Assembly (NCBI GenBank): GCA_018902845.1
Contig: JAHIPV010000013.1
Location: forward strand, 82,766 to 146,765
Length of the DNA: 64,000 nt
Direction: 5' to 3'
From: Patescibacteria group bacterium
GTDB taxonomy: Bacteria > Patescibacteriota > Microgenomatia > UBA12405
The notes under the pieces were generated by a model. The model searched no databases. It saw only the letters and a list, made by a program, of their open reading frames with translations, and was not told the DNA's origin. Within the stretch, counting starts at the first letter, position 1. Each line of letters starts with the position of its first letter. The translations under genes and the position numbers were made by a program. This document shows positions 29,311-37,480 of the stretch, in pieces.

Positions 29311-29434
29311 AACTACTTTTTATTGGATAAAACAATACACCCAAAATTTCAAAATGACGGATTCTTGGCGCTGGCCAACGGTGCGAGTTTGGCCTGCGCC
29401 ACTTTAAAAAATCAGAACATTCATGAATTGTCGG
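29311..29434 (+). repeat. attR: P arm + core, inside the 3' end of the recombinase gene
   Basis: Inverted copy of 27801-27913; abuts tRNA-Pro. Confidence 0.9.
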
Positions 29435-29504
29435 GGATACAGGATTCGAACCTGCAACCTCACGCACCCCATGCGTGCGCGCTAGCCAATTGCGCCAATC
29501 CCCG
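29431..29504 (-). tRNA. tRNA-Pro(GGG)
   Basis: CGGGGAT/ATCCCCG acceptor stem; CACGC-ATGGGGT-GCGTG anticodon arm; GGTTCGAATCC T-arm. Confidence 0.96.
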
Positions 29505-29526
29505 AGCATTTCTATTATATCTCAAC

Positions 29527-30774
29527 TTATCTCAAAAAATCACCCAACTCGATCAATTTCACATTAGCCGAAAAATCTTTTATTTTTTTTAAAATATTCA
29601 TAGAAACAACATTTATTTTTTTATTAATAAAATCATACCTTTCCAGTATTTTACCATCCAGTTTCATCCCTGTTTTTACTTCAAACAAACCATCTTTGCA
29701 TTCAAAATCAATCTCCAGGTCGTCAAAAATTTCATAATATATTCTATATTTTTCTCTTAACGACTCTCTCCTTAATAATTCAAGGAAAACCGCATTTTCA
29801 ACCAAATGTCCTATCCTTGGTCTAATACTCATCAAGCTTAACACTCCTGTATCGTTAAAATAATATTTCGGATTTGATGATCTACTTATTCGATTAGATC
29901 TTCCTTTGCGATACACGGGATAAACAAGATATACCGATTCCAAGTATTTCAAATAAAATTTGGCTGTTTCATCATCTATTTTCAAGTCTTTCTGAATTCT
30001 CTTTGCGCTTACAGGTGTTGTAATTTTATCAGCCAAATAATAAAGCAAATCCTCCAGAATAACAGGATTTCTTATTCCATAAAGCGACAGAAGATCTCTA
30101 TACAAAGTAGACTCAATTGCTTGTTTTAAATATGTTTGATTATTTTTTAAAACAAATTCAGGATAACCGCCTTTTTTCAAATATTCCTCAAGTAAGTTTT
30201 TCTTTTTATTTTTAGAAAGTCTGGAAACAACCACTCCGTTAAAATTAAGAAATTCAGAAAAACTCAATGGCAATATTTTTTGCAAAAAATATCTGCCAGT
30301 CAATTTGCTGGTTTTTTGCGTCAATATCAAGCTGGAAGATCCGGAAATATAAAACTTTATCTTAGTGTGGTCATACAAAGTTTTTAGATCTGACTGCCAG
30401 TTATCAAGCTCTTGAATTTCATCTACCAATATGTGCAAAGAATCACCGATTTTACATTTATTTAATTTAATTACATCAGTAATTATTTGCCTCAATCCTG
30501 CTTCTTTCACCTCTCTCAAATCAGCGCTCAAAAAAATGATTTTTTTAGGAGATATGCCATGTTTTAACAAGCGGTTTACAACAGAATAAAGAATATATGT
30601 TTTTCCAACCCTTCTTGCTCCAATAAGTATGTCTATTAGTCGATCTTTTCTGTCCATAATTTCTCTCAAATAAGCTGGCCTGTTAAAAACATCATACTTA
30701 AACGTTTTTTTCTCCCACCATGGATTTAATGTTTCTATAAAATCAAAGTCAGTTCTTACATCCATACTACTCAT
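29527..30774 (-). CDS. AAA+ ATPase with DUF4143 domain
   Basis: GARRVGKT, VDEIQ, SGSSS...LTGR, GGYPE, KYYFNDTG, ENAVF. Confidence 0.92.
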   Translation of the reverse strand: MSSMDVRTDFDFIETLNPWWEKKTFKYDVFNRPAYLREIMDRKDRLIDILIGARRVGKTYILYSVVNRLLKHGISPKKIIFLSADLREVKEAGLRQIITDVIKLNKCKIGDSLHILVDEIQELDNWQSDLKTLYDHTKIKFYISGSSSLILTQKTSKLTGRYFLQKILPLSFSEFLNFNGVVVSRLSKNKKKNLLEEYLKKGGYPEFVLKNNQTYLKQAIESTLYRDLLSLYGIRNPVILEDLLYYLADKITTPVSAKRIQKDLKIDDETAKFYLKYLESVYLVYPVYRKGRSNRISRSSNPKYYFNDTGVLSLMSIRPRIGHLVENAVFLELLRRESLREKYRIYYEIFDDLEIDFECKDGLFEVKTGMKLDGKILERYDFINKKINVVSMNILKKIKDFSANVKLIELGDFLR

Positions 30775-30784
30775 TATATCATTA

Positions 30785-30827
30785 GTCGATTATAATCGAC
30801 CATTAAACAAAGATCGATTATAATCGA
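30785..30827. promoter_or_regulatory. Two TCGATTATAATCGA palindromes, candidate operators
   Basis: Copies at 30786-30799 and 30814-30827 over the promoter of the DUF4143 ATPase gene. Confidence 0.65.
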
Positions 30828-30838
30828 CCTTCCTTGTT

Positions 30839-31510
30839 TTACTCATTCTCAGGACACCTTTTTGATTTCACATATCCCGCCTCTTGTGCTTCTTTTTCAC
30901 TGCAAAACCACTTCTCGCCCACATTTTTTTCCACCACCGTAAACTTATACTGCACGCAACCGGGTAAATAATATTTCTTTTCTTGAGTTGAAGGATCAAT
31001 ATTTCCCTTAATTACACATTCAGGATTTTCCAAATTTTCCATTTGCCTGCATTCGGGCCCAAAAATTCCTCTTTTTTCTTTTCTTGCCAACTCTCCGGCC
31101 TTTTTCAAGTCTTCTTTCTTTGAAGTAGAATCGCTGTGGTATTTTACCCAACCGCCGGCCAGTAATTCTTCGTTAATTAATTTATTTTTCACATAAACCA
31201 AGGCCATGTCTCTTCCCATTTGATCCAAAATTTTTTCTTCCAAAACCACTTTTTCACCACCAACCAATTCTTCTAACTTTTCCTTAGCCTCTTTTCCTCC
31301 GCAAAATTCTAACTCTGGCGCATCTACTTGCCTTAGTCTTAATCGCACTTTTCCATCCAAAACTATCGTGTCTCCATCAATCACCCCAATCACTTTAATC
31401 CCCGGAGTCAGTCTTTTATTTTCTGAATAGAAAAAAACATTTAACACCAAAGATCCGACTAACATTATCCCGCCAATTATTTTTAACCAAAAACTTTTGT
31501 TTCCCTTCAC
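30839..31510 (-). CDS. Membrane-anchored thermonuclease (SNase) with C-terminal Cys domain
   Basis: VIDGDTI, RLRQVDAPE, DQMGR; IKGNI...YYLPGC...WFCSE.EA. Confidence 0.9.
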   Translation of the reverse strand: MKGNKSFWLKIIGGIMLVGSLVLNVFFYSENKRLTPGIKVIGVIDGDTIVLDGKVRLRLRQVDAPELEFCGGKEAKEKLEELVGGEKVVLEEKILDQMGRDMALVYVKNKLINEELLAGGWVKYHSDSTSKKEDLKKAGELARKEKRGIFGPECRQMENLENPECVIKGNIDPSTQEKKYYLPGCVQYKFTVVEKNVGEKWFCSEKEAQEAGYVKSKRCPENE

Positions 31511-31546
31511 TAATCAATTAAAACACAAATTATATATAATCAATCT

Positions 31547-32128
31547 ATGAAAATATTTTTTACCCGTCATGGCGAAGCCATGGACGATATCGAAAACAAA
31601 TATGGTGGCTGGTATGACCCAGATCTATCACCGGCAGGCACAAAAGGAGCTTTAGAAACCGGTCATAAATTAAAAGAAAAAGCTGTCAAAGCCGATCTGA
31701 TTTTAAGCTCACCGCTCAAAAGAGCAATCCAGACGGCAAAAGGCATTGCAAAAGAGTTAAATCTTCCCATCGAAACTTTTGTATATCTAAAAGAACGAAA
31801 CACCTATGGTCTTCTTTGTGGAGTTAACAAAGATGAAGCCAAACAAAAATACCCCGATCTTGTTGATGCCTACCAAAATGATCAAGAAGTTTTGGGTTAC
31901 GAACCTTACGATTTTTTCCTAAAACGGGTCAAAGAATTAATCAAAAAACTCAAATATCGTTCGGAAAAAACCTTAATTTGTGTTACACACGGAAAACTGC
32001 TCAAAGCTTTGTTCAAAGAAATTTTAGGCATAGAAGCCAAAAAGTTTCACGACAACTGCATTGCCGAAATTGATATTGACAAGCAGGGGAATCTCAACCT
32101 TGTCACCACCGACGGTATAGAAATCTAA
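31547..32128 (+). CDS. Histidine phosphatase family protein
   Basis: RHGE, SSPLKRA.QTA, VTHG. Confidence 0.93.
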   Translation: MKIFFTRHGEAMDDIENKYGGWYDPDLSPAGTKGALETGHKLKEKAVKADLILSSPLKRAIQTAKGIAKELNLPIETFVYLKERNTYGLLCGVNKDEAKQKYPDLVDAYQNDQEVLGYEPYDFFLKRVKELIKKLKYRSEKTLICVTHGKLLKALFKEILGIEAKKFHDNCIAEIDIDKQGNLNLVTTDGIEI

Positions 32129-32350
32129 TTATTTCCTCACAATCCCAATTGTTGTCGTATGCCAGGAAACAGAATTAAGAGAACGAACTTTTGTTAATTC
32201 ACGATGTGCAGCAACATCTTTGCTTGCTTGTCGAACAGCTCTTTGTATAGGCAACCAACCTATTCCGGCGAAATGTCTTTCCTCACCAACCCAACCACAA
32301 GGCTCGCCTTCTTCGTTACTAGCCAAACACCTTGCTTGCACATAACTCAT
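32129..32350 (-). CDS. Small hypothetical protein
   Basis: 73-aa ORF with TATAAT just upstream; no motif. Confidence 0.45.
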   Translation of the reverse strand: MSYVQARCLASNEEGEPCGWVGEERHFAGIGWLPIQRAVRQASKDVAAHRELTKVRSLNSVSWHTTTIGIVRK

Positions 32351-32369
32351 TGTTTTTATTATAACTTAT

Positions 32370-32408
32370 TTTTTTCTGCTATTCTTAATTTGTGCATAAA
32401 CCAAAACT
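32370..32408 (+). repeat. 39-bp direct repeat, copy 1 (copy 2 at 33374-33412)
   Basis: TTTTTTCTGCTATTCTTAATTTGTGCATAAACCAAAACT identical at both sites. Confidence 0.95.
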
Positions 32409-32455
32409 TTGCTCTTCCCTTACTCTCTCATTTTTAAAGTATAATAATAATAGAA

Positions 32456-32764
32456 ATGAACAAAACACAGCAAAAATATTTAAAAAATTCAGATAAATAC
32501 AAACAACTGGTTTGGGAATACAACATTTCTCCACAAATTTTTTTTAACATACTAAATGGCAAGGAAACCCAAAAGTGGTTTAACAGGCAATGGGCCACAA
32601 CAAAAGTTTTAGAAAATGCCACTTACTATGACGCAATAAATCTTATTGATATGGATTATCTAAAAAAAAACTGGAATATTATAAAATCTAGAATTTTTAA
32701 CAAAAGTATAAAAAATGGATATCAATTCGTACTACAAAAAAAAGCTCTATCCTCTTCAAGATAA
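32456..32764 (+). CDS. Putative antitoxin partner of the AbiEii-like toxin
   Basis: Overlaps the toxin gene; LVWEY and RVLE-like (KVLE) motifs typical of such partners. Confidence 0.6.
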   Translation: MNKTQQKYLKNSDKYKQLVWEYNISPQIFFNILNGKETQKWFNRQWATTKVLENATYYDAINLIDMDYLKKNWNIIKSRIFNKSIKNGYQFVLQKKALSSSR

Positions 32765-33368
32765 AGTTTTAAAAATTTTAGACAAACTAAAAAGCCCCTT
32801 TTATTTAACGGGTGGCACGGCTTTATCTCGTTGTTATTTTAATCACAGGTATTCCGATGATCTGGATTTATTTCTAAATGATAATCCAAAATTTAGAGCA
32901 AATTCAGAAAAAATAATAAAGGAATTAAAAAAAATCTTTAAAGTCCAAATAATTACAAAGGCAGACAAATATTACTCACTCCAAATTGACAAAAAACTTA
33001 AAATAGACTTAATAAACGACGTAGCTTCATACATTGGTAAAACCAAAAAAACTCCTATATATTCCAAAGTCGACAACCCGGTTAATATTTTTTCAAACAA
33101 AATTTCAGCCCTTATAAGCAGAGACGAACCCAAAGATGTAGTGGATATTTGGATTATTTCCAAAAATCAAAAAATTGACTGGGAGCAAATTTTTATAGAC
33201 ACATCATCAAAAGCAATAGGTATTTTTCCGCCAACAGTAGCCCAAAAATTAGACACATTTCCAATTGATCTTATAGATAAAATAAATTGGGTCAAAAATA
33301 ACAAACCTGCAAAAAACTTATTTAAAACAGATATGCAAAAATTAATTCTGGATATTTTAAAGATTTGA
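32715..33368 (+). CDS. AbiEii/AbiGii-family nucleotidyltransferase toxin
   Basis: FYLTGGTALS....HRYSDDLDLF; NKISA...RDEPKD..D. Confidence 0.9.
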   Translation: MDINSYYKKKLYPLQDKVLKILDKLKSPFYLTGGTALSRCYFNHRYSDDLDLFLNDNPKFRANSEKIIKELKKIFKVQIITKADKYYSLQIDKKLKIDLINDVASYIGKTKKTPIYSKVDNPVNIFSNKISALISRDEPKDVVDIWIISKNQKIDWEQIFIDTSSKAIGIFPPTVAQKLDTFPIDLIDKINWVKNNKPAKNLFKTDMQKLILDILKI

Positions 33369-33395
33369 TATCATTTTTTCTGCTATTCTTAATTT

Positions 33396-34631
33396 GTGCA
33401 TAAACCAAAACTCTGCATCCCCCTTTTCTTTTTTCTAATTTTCCTTTTGTACAATAACACAAGCTACGCACAAACACCAACTATTATTACGAATCCAAAT
33501 TCGGGAATTTATCTTAATGAAATCATGCCAAATCCGCCAGATGGCGATGAATGGGTTGAAATTTATAATAACAACAATTTTTCTATTATTTTAGAAAATT
33601 GGAAGATTCAAGATGAAACCACAAAAACAAGGCCTATTCCAACTGAAATTATCCAAGCTAAGTCTTATTATGGTTTTTCTGTCGGAAGCGGATTCCTGAA
33701 CAATGGTGGTGATACGGCTAAATTATTAAATGATCAAGGTGTTAATATAAATGAATTCAACTATTCTAAAAGTTCAACGGATTTAAGTTGGTCGAAACAA
33801 ACAGATATTATTTGGTGCGAAGCCGATCCAAGTAAAGGAGAAATCAACGGCACTTGTTTTAAAGCAGCCCCAACTAATACTTCCACTCCAACCAACACTC
33901 CCACCAATTCTCCAACTCCCACCCAAACTCCCACCCCCACAGTCACCCCCACCCCACTCCCTCAACTTTCAGTTCGCATCATCGACATACCCTCTTACAC
34001 CACCCAAAACCAAATTTTTACCATCAAATTTTTAATCGAAAATGCTCCATCTCAAAAAGAATATTATGCCAAGGCTTTTGGTGGTGTTAACGATTATTCT
34101 TCTATACAAACCGAAAACAACGGCAAGTGGCTAAACTATACCGGTAGTTCATGGACTGAATTTCGGTCTTTTAAAGTTGGCGTTGGTGGCTCCGGCAGTT
34201 TTATCTTAACCGCCAAAGTCAAAGAATCCGCCCCAACCGGGGAGTACAAGGTCCAAATCCGTATCAAGCCAACCGACGAGGAAAAAACAACCGATAGCGA
34301 TCTTCACATCCTTCAAGTTTCCCAATCAGTGCCAACACTCGTCCCAACCCCAACCCCCACCCCCACTTCAAAACTTTCTCCCACCCCGACCTTGTCTTCC
34401 ACAGAAAAACTAAAAGAAAAATTATCAGACAAAGATTACGACGGCGATGTTCTGGGTATCACTGATATCACCATGACACCCACCCCAACCAAAACAAATT
34501 CAAAAGAAAAATCCGGCAATCAAAACATTTTCCCGGCTATTTTTATGTTAATTGGTGGCGGACTCTTACTTATTCCTGTCATAATTACCAAAATCAATGA
34601 ATGGAAAAACAACAAACAAACCAACACATAA
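33396..34631 (+). CDS. Secreted lamin-tail-domain protein with Thr-Pro linkers and C-terminal TM helix
   Basis: LNEIMPNP...EWVEIYN, LNNGGD; signal peptide. Confidence 0.85.
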   Translation: MHKPKLCIPLFFFLIFLLYNNTSYAQTPTIITNPNSGIYLNEIMPNPPDGDEWVEIYNNNNFSIILENWKIQDETTKTRPIPTEIIQAKSYYGFSVGSGFLNNGGDTAKLLNDQGVNINEFNYSKSSTDLSWSKQTDIIWCEADPSKGEINGTCFKAAPTNTSTPTNTPTNSPTPTQTPTPTVTPTPLPQLSVRIIDIPSYTTQNQIFTIKFLIENAPSQKEYYAKAFGGVNDYSSIQTENNGKWLNYTGSSWTEFRSFKVGVGGSGSFILTAKVKESAPTGEYKVQIRIKPTDEEKTTDSDLHILQVSQSVPTLVPTPTPTPTSKLSPTPTLSSTEKLKEKLSDKDYDGDVLGITDITMTPTPTKTNSKEKSGNQNIFPAIFMLIGGGLLLIPVIITKINEWKNNKQTNT

Positions 34632-35049
34632 TCCCAATCTGTCATTGCGCCGTGTCCGCCTCTGGCTGGAAGTGAAGCGTGGCAAAATCTATTATTTCAT
34701 CCCATCAATCCTCTGGATGCTTGTCATTTTTTTTCTCTCCGGCCGTTCCAGTACCGGCATTGGTGGTTCCAGAACTAACCGTTTTTTAATCCACAAAACT
34801 CTTCATATAATAGAATACGCCATTCTTGCCATTACTTTTTACTTCGCCTTTTTTAAAACCAAAATTTTTCCTCAAGTGCAAAAATACACTATTTTTGTCT
34901 CCTATCTCTACGCCCTCACCGACGAACTCCACCAACACTTTATCCCCGGTCGCGACGGCAAAATCTCCGACACCTTTATAGACCTATTAGGAATCCTGCT
35001 TGGTTTATATCTGGTCAAATCGTTTTTACAAAAACGTCAACCAAGTTAG
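34597..35049 (+). CDS. VanZ family membrane protein
   Basis: W..VIF..S, HIIEYAIL, DELHQ.FIPGR....D...D. Confidence 0.88.
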   Translation: MNGKTTNKPTHNPNLSLRRVRLWLEVKRGKIYYFIPSILWMLVIFFLSGRSSTGIGGSRTNRFLIHKTLHIIEYAILAITFYFAFFKTKIFPQVQKYTIFVSYLYALTDELHQHFIPGRDGKISDTFIDLLGILLGLYLVKSFLQKRQPS

Positions 35050-35120
35050 GCAAATTTTTAAAATTAAACTAGTGATTGACATACTCTAACAAAATCATTT
35101 ATCCTAAATTTACCAGTATC

Positions 35121-37385
35121 ATGAAAAAAAGAAACGGTTTCTCAACAATTGCAGCCATGATATTAATGGTGTTGGCACTACCGGTTGCTGTGGTTTTAGT
35201 CAAAAATAATCAGGAATTAAGAAAATCAGCCGCCGGTAATCACTTCATATGTTCTTGGCATCGTCTCTACAATTTATCCCAAAAATGGTTTAGTATTTGT
35301 GAAGGACCGGAGAATTACAAAGATGCCATAGGTCGCGGAGAAAATTTGGGTTATTGTCAAATGCTTCAAGATGACAGTCATTACAATGGCTGTCGAGCCG
35401 ATGGTTATCCGAGCAACGACAAAGAAGTCAGGTGGGTTTACAAAGGCCCCAGAGGGGATACATGTACATACAAATGGGATTTTTGCAGTTCAGAAGCCTC
35501 AGGAAAAAATTGCGAACAAGAAATCAGTCGAAGCTGGAATTTTGCCGAATGTGCTAAGTGTAAACAAATTGATGTTAATTGGAATATGATCATCCCCAGA
35601 GAAGATCAACCCATATATCCGGATGACCCCGTCGATGGTGCTCAGCCAATACCACCGGCTACCAATGACGGCAGTCATATATTTCCAATGGTTGTTATTA
35701 AAAAAATAACCGCCTACAACTGGCATCCGGCCATGACCAAAACCAACAACAATACCAAAATAGATTGGTCCAGTCCTCAAACCCTTATGGACTTTAGAAT
35801 CAAAATTTTTAACCCAAGCAACACAGAGATTAGTTCTACAGACATTCTTCATGGAGATTCTCACATCAACTGTTCCTATGCCACCACTGATTCTTATGAT
35901 GAAAGAGACAACCTAAACCATTATGTAATTTGTAATCTGCAAAACTATATAATCTATACAAGGGAAGATTTAACAAATTTCCAATATCCTCAACAATATT
36001 CTCTGAAAGTTTGGGTCAAAATTGCCTCCTACGGAGAAGATGGCTGGGTCGATTATGATTACACCTCTCCGGATAACAAACTATTTAACTGTGTCAGTAC
36101 TGTTACCGGTCCAACCATTACTCCCACCCCAACTTTTACTCCCACCCAAACTCCAACCTCAACCATAACTCCAACTTTAACGCCCACCCAAACTCCCACC
36201 CCAACTCCCACCCAAACTCCAACTCCAACCACAACCCCCACTCCTACTCCCACTAACACCCCAACTCCAAAGCCAAATATCTGTGGTTACACTCCCTGCG
36301 ATAACTCATCCAGTCCCTGTCAATCTGGTCTAATTTGTGTCGACGCCAACAATGGCAATTCATACTGCTCTATGCCTCAATTTGAAGATGCTTGTGTCGC
36401 CAGACCTTCCTTCTCGTCTTGTTGTACGGCCCCGCCTCCAACCTCAACCCCAACCCCAACCATAACCCCGACTCCAGCCGAAATTTGCAAAGGCCAGTTT
36501 GAGATAAAGATTTGGAAAGATTGGAGAGATTCAAGTTGCAATGGTTGCAACAGGATAATTGATAATTGTGATCACGCTTGGAGCGATAAAACTTATCAAT
36601 ACACCATAACTTATTATGATTCAAACAATACACAAGTTGGTTCCGTTGCTCATGGCAGTTGCGTTGCCAGCAATGGTTCCTGTGGGCCTTTTGATCTAAA
36701 CATTCCCTCCGGTGGACACGCCATAGTAAAAGTTACTCAAGAATCAATGACTCAGGGATGGGCCAGCATAACTCAAGTTGAGCAGTCTTTAACCATCTAT
36801 GAAGATCAAAAAGGAATTTTCAAATATTTAATTTGCCTCGACAGAATGTGTAACGACACCTGTATTGCTTCAGGGGTGGTCAATGGACAAGAAAATTTCT
36901 CAGAAATAATTACTCTAAATTCAAGTTCATGTCAGCCACTTTCATCAGTTCAAAATACGCCGACTTCAACCAGAAATACACCGACCCTAGCCATACCACC
37001 AACCGGTACTCCGCGGCCAACAAGTAGATCTCTACCTACACCTAAACCCACAATCTTAATTAGCGGATCTTGCGACACAGTTGGTGGCAAGTGTACATAC
37101 AAATGGAGATCTTGTAGCAATGGTCACATAGAAAGCAAAACAAGCAGTTGTCAAAAATGGTATTACAAATGTTGCTTACCACCCCAGTCTAGTAATGATG
37201 TTAAACCCACTCCCACCACAAAGCCTGTTCCCACCGCAAAACCAGTCAGTCAATCTTGTAGTACATCCGGTGGTAAGTGCACCTACAAATGGAGATCTTG
37301 TGGCAATGGTTACGTTGAAAGCAAAAATAAAGATGAAAATAGTAGCTGTGGAGGGTGGTTTTACAAGTGTTGTTTACCGTTTTAA
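35121..37385 (+). CDS. Large Cys-rich, Thr-Pro-rich surface protein
   Basis: N-terminal TM helix followed by QELRKSA; TP tracts; two C-terminal six-Cys repeats. Confidence 0.85.
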   Translation: MKKRNGFSTIAAMILMVLALPVAVVLVKNNQELRKSAAGNHFICSWHRLYNLSQKWFSICEGPENYKDAIGRGENLGYCQMLQDDSHYNGCRADGYPSNDKEVRWVYKGPRGDTCTYKWDFCSSEASGKNCEQEISRSWNFAECAKCKQIDVNWNMIIPREDQPIYPDDPVDGAQPIPPATNDGSHIFPMVVIKKITAYNWHPAMTKTNNNTKIDWSSPQTLMDFRIKIFNPSNTEISSTDILHGDSHINCSYATTDSYDERDNLNHYVICNLQNYIIYTREDLTNFQYPQQYSLKVWVKIASYGEDGWVDYDYTSPDNKLFNCVSTVTGPTITPTPTFTPTQTPTSTITPTLTPTQTPTPTPTQTPTPTTTPTPTPTNTPTPKPNICGYTPCDNSSSPCQSGLICVDANNGNSYCSMPQFEDACVARPSFSSCCTAPPPTSTPTPTITPTPAEICKGQFEIKIWKDWRDSSCNGCNRIIDNCDHAWSDKTYQYTITYYDSNNTQVGSVAHGSCVASNGSCGPFDLNIPSGGHAIVKVTQESMTQGWASITQVEQSLTIYEDQKGIFKYLICLDRMCNDTCIASGVVNGQENFSEIITLNSSSCQPLSSVQNTPTSTRNTPTLAIPPTGTPRPTSRSLPTPKPTILISGSCDTVGGKCTYKWRSCSNGHIESKTSSCQKWYYKCCLPPQSSNDVKPTPTTKPVPTAKPVSQSCSTSGGKCTYKWRSCGNGYVESKNKDENSSCGGWFYKCCLPF

Positions 37386-37480
37386 CCTACTAATACCAAC
37401 AAACGAATCGGTCTAGTGATAAAAGGTAATTTGTGATACTATGTATGGTTAATTATTTCATAAAACAAAAAAGGATAAAA

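Larger units (their letters stand above)
20539..29434. mobile_element. Serine-recombinase integrative element inserted at the tRNA-Pro 3' end
   Basis: Shared GTCGG core at 20539-20543 (after TG, i.e. the displaced tRNA CCA end) and at 29430-29434; recombinase gene at the right end; cargo genes unlike the flanking housekeeping genes. Confidence 0.88.
27934..29592 (+). pseudogene. Large serine recombinase with one in-frame TAG (28639-28641)
   Basis: YCRKST catalytic motif, DRLARN, recombinase domain (APFGY); after the TAG the same frame gives GVHKPII, CGECG and YYRC zinc ribbon plus coiled coil. Confidence 0.9.

Noticed and set aside
36110-36270. Tandem ACNCCN repeats
   Set aside because: Ordinary Thr-Pro linker coding sequence
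37071-37373. Possible diversity-generating retroelement TR/VR pair
   Set aside because: Differences are not adenine-specific, both copies are coding in one ORF, and no reverse transcriptase is present in the window
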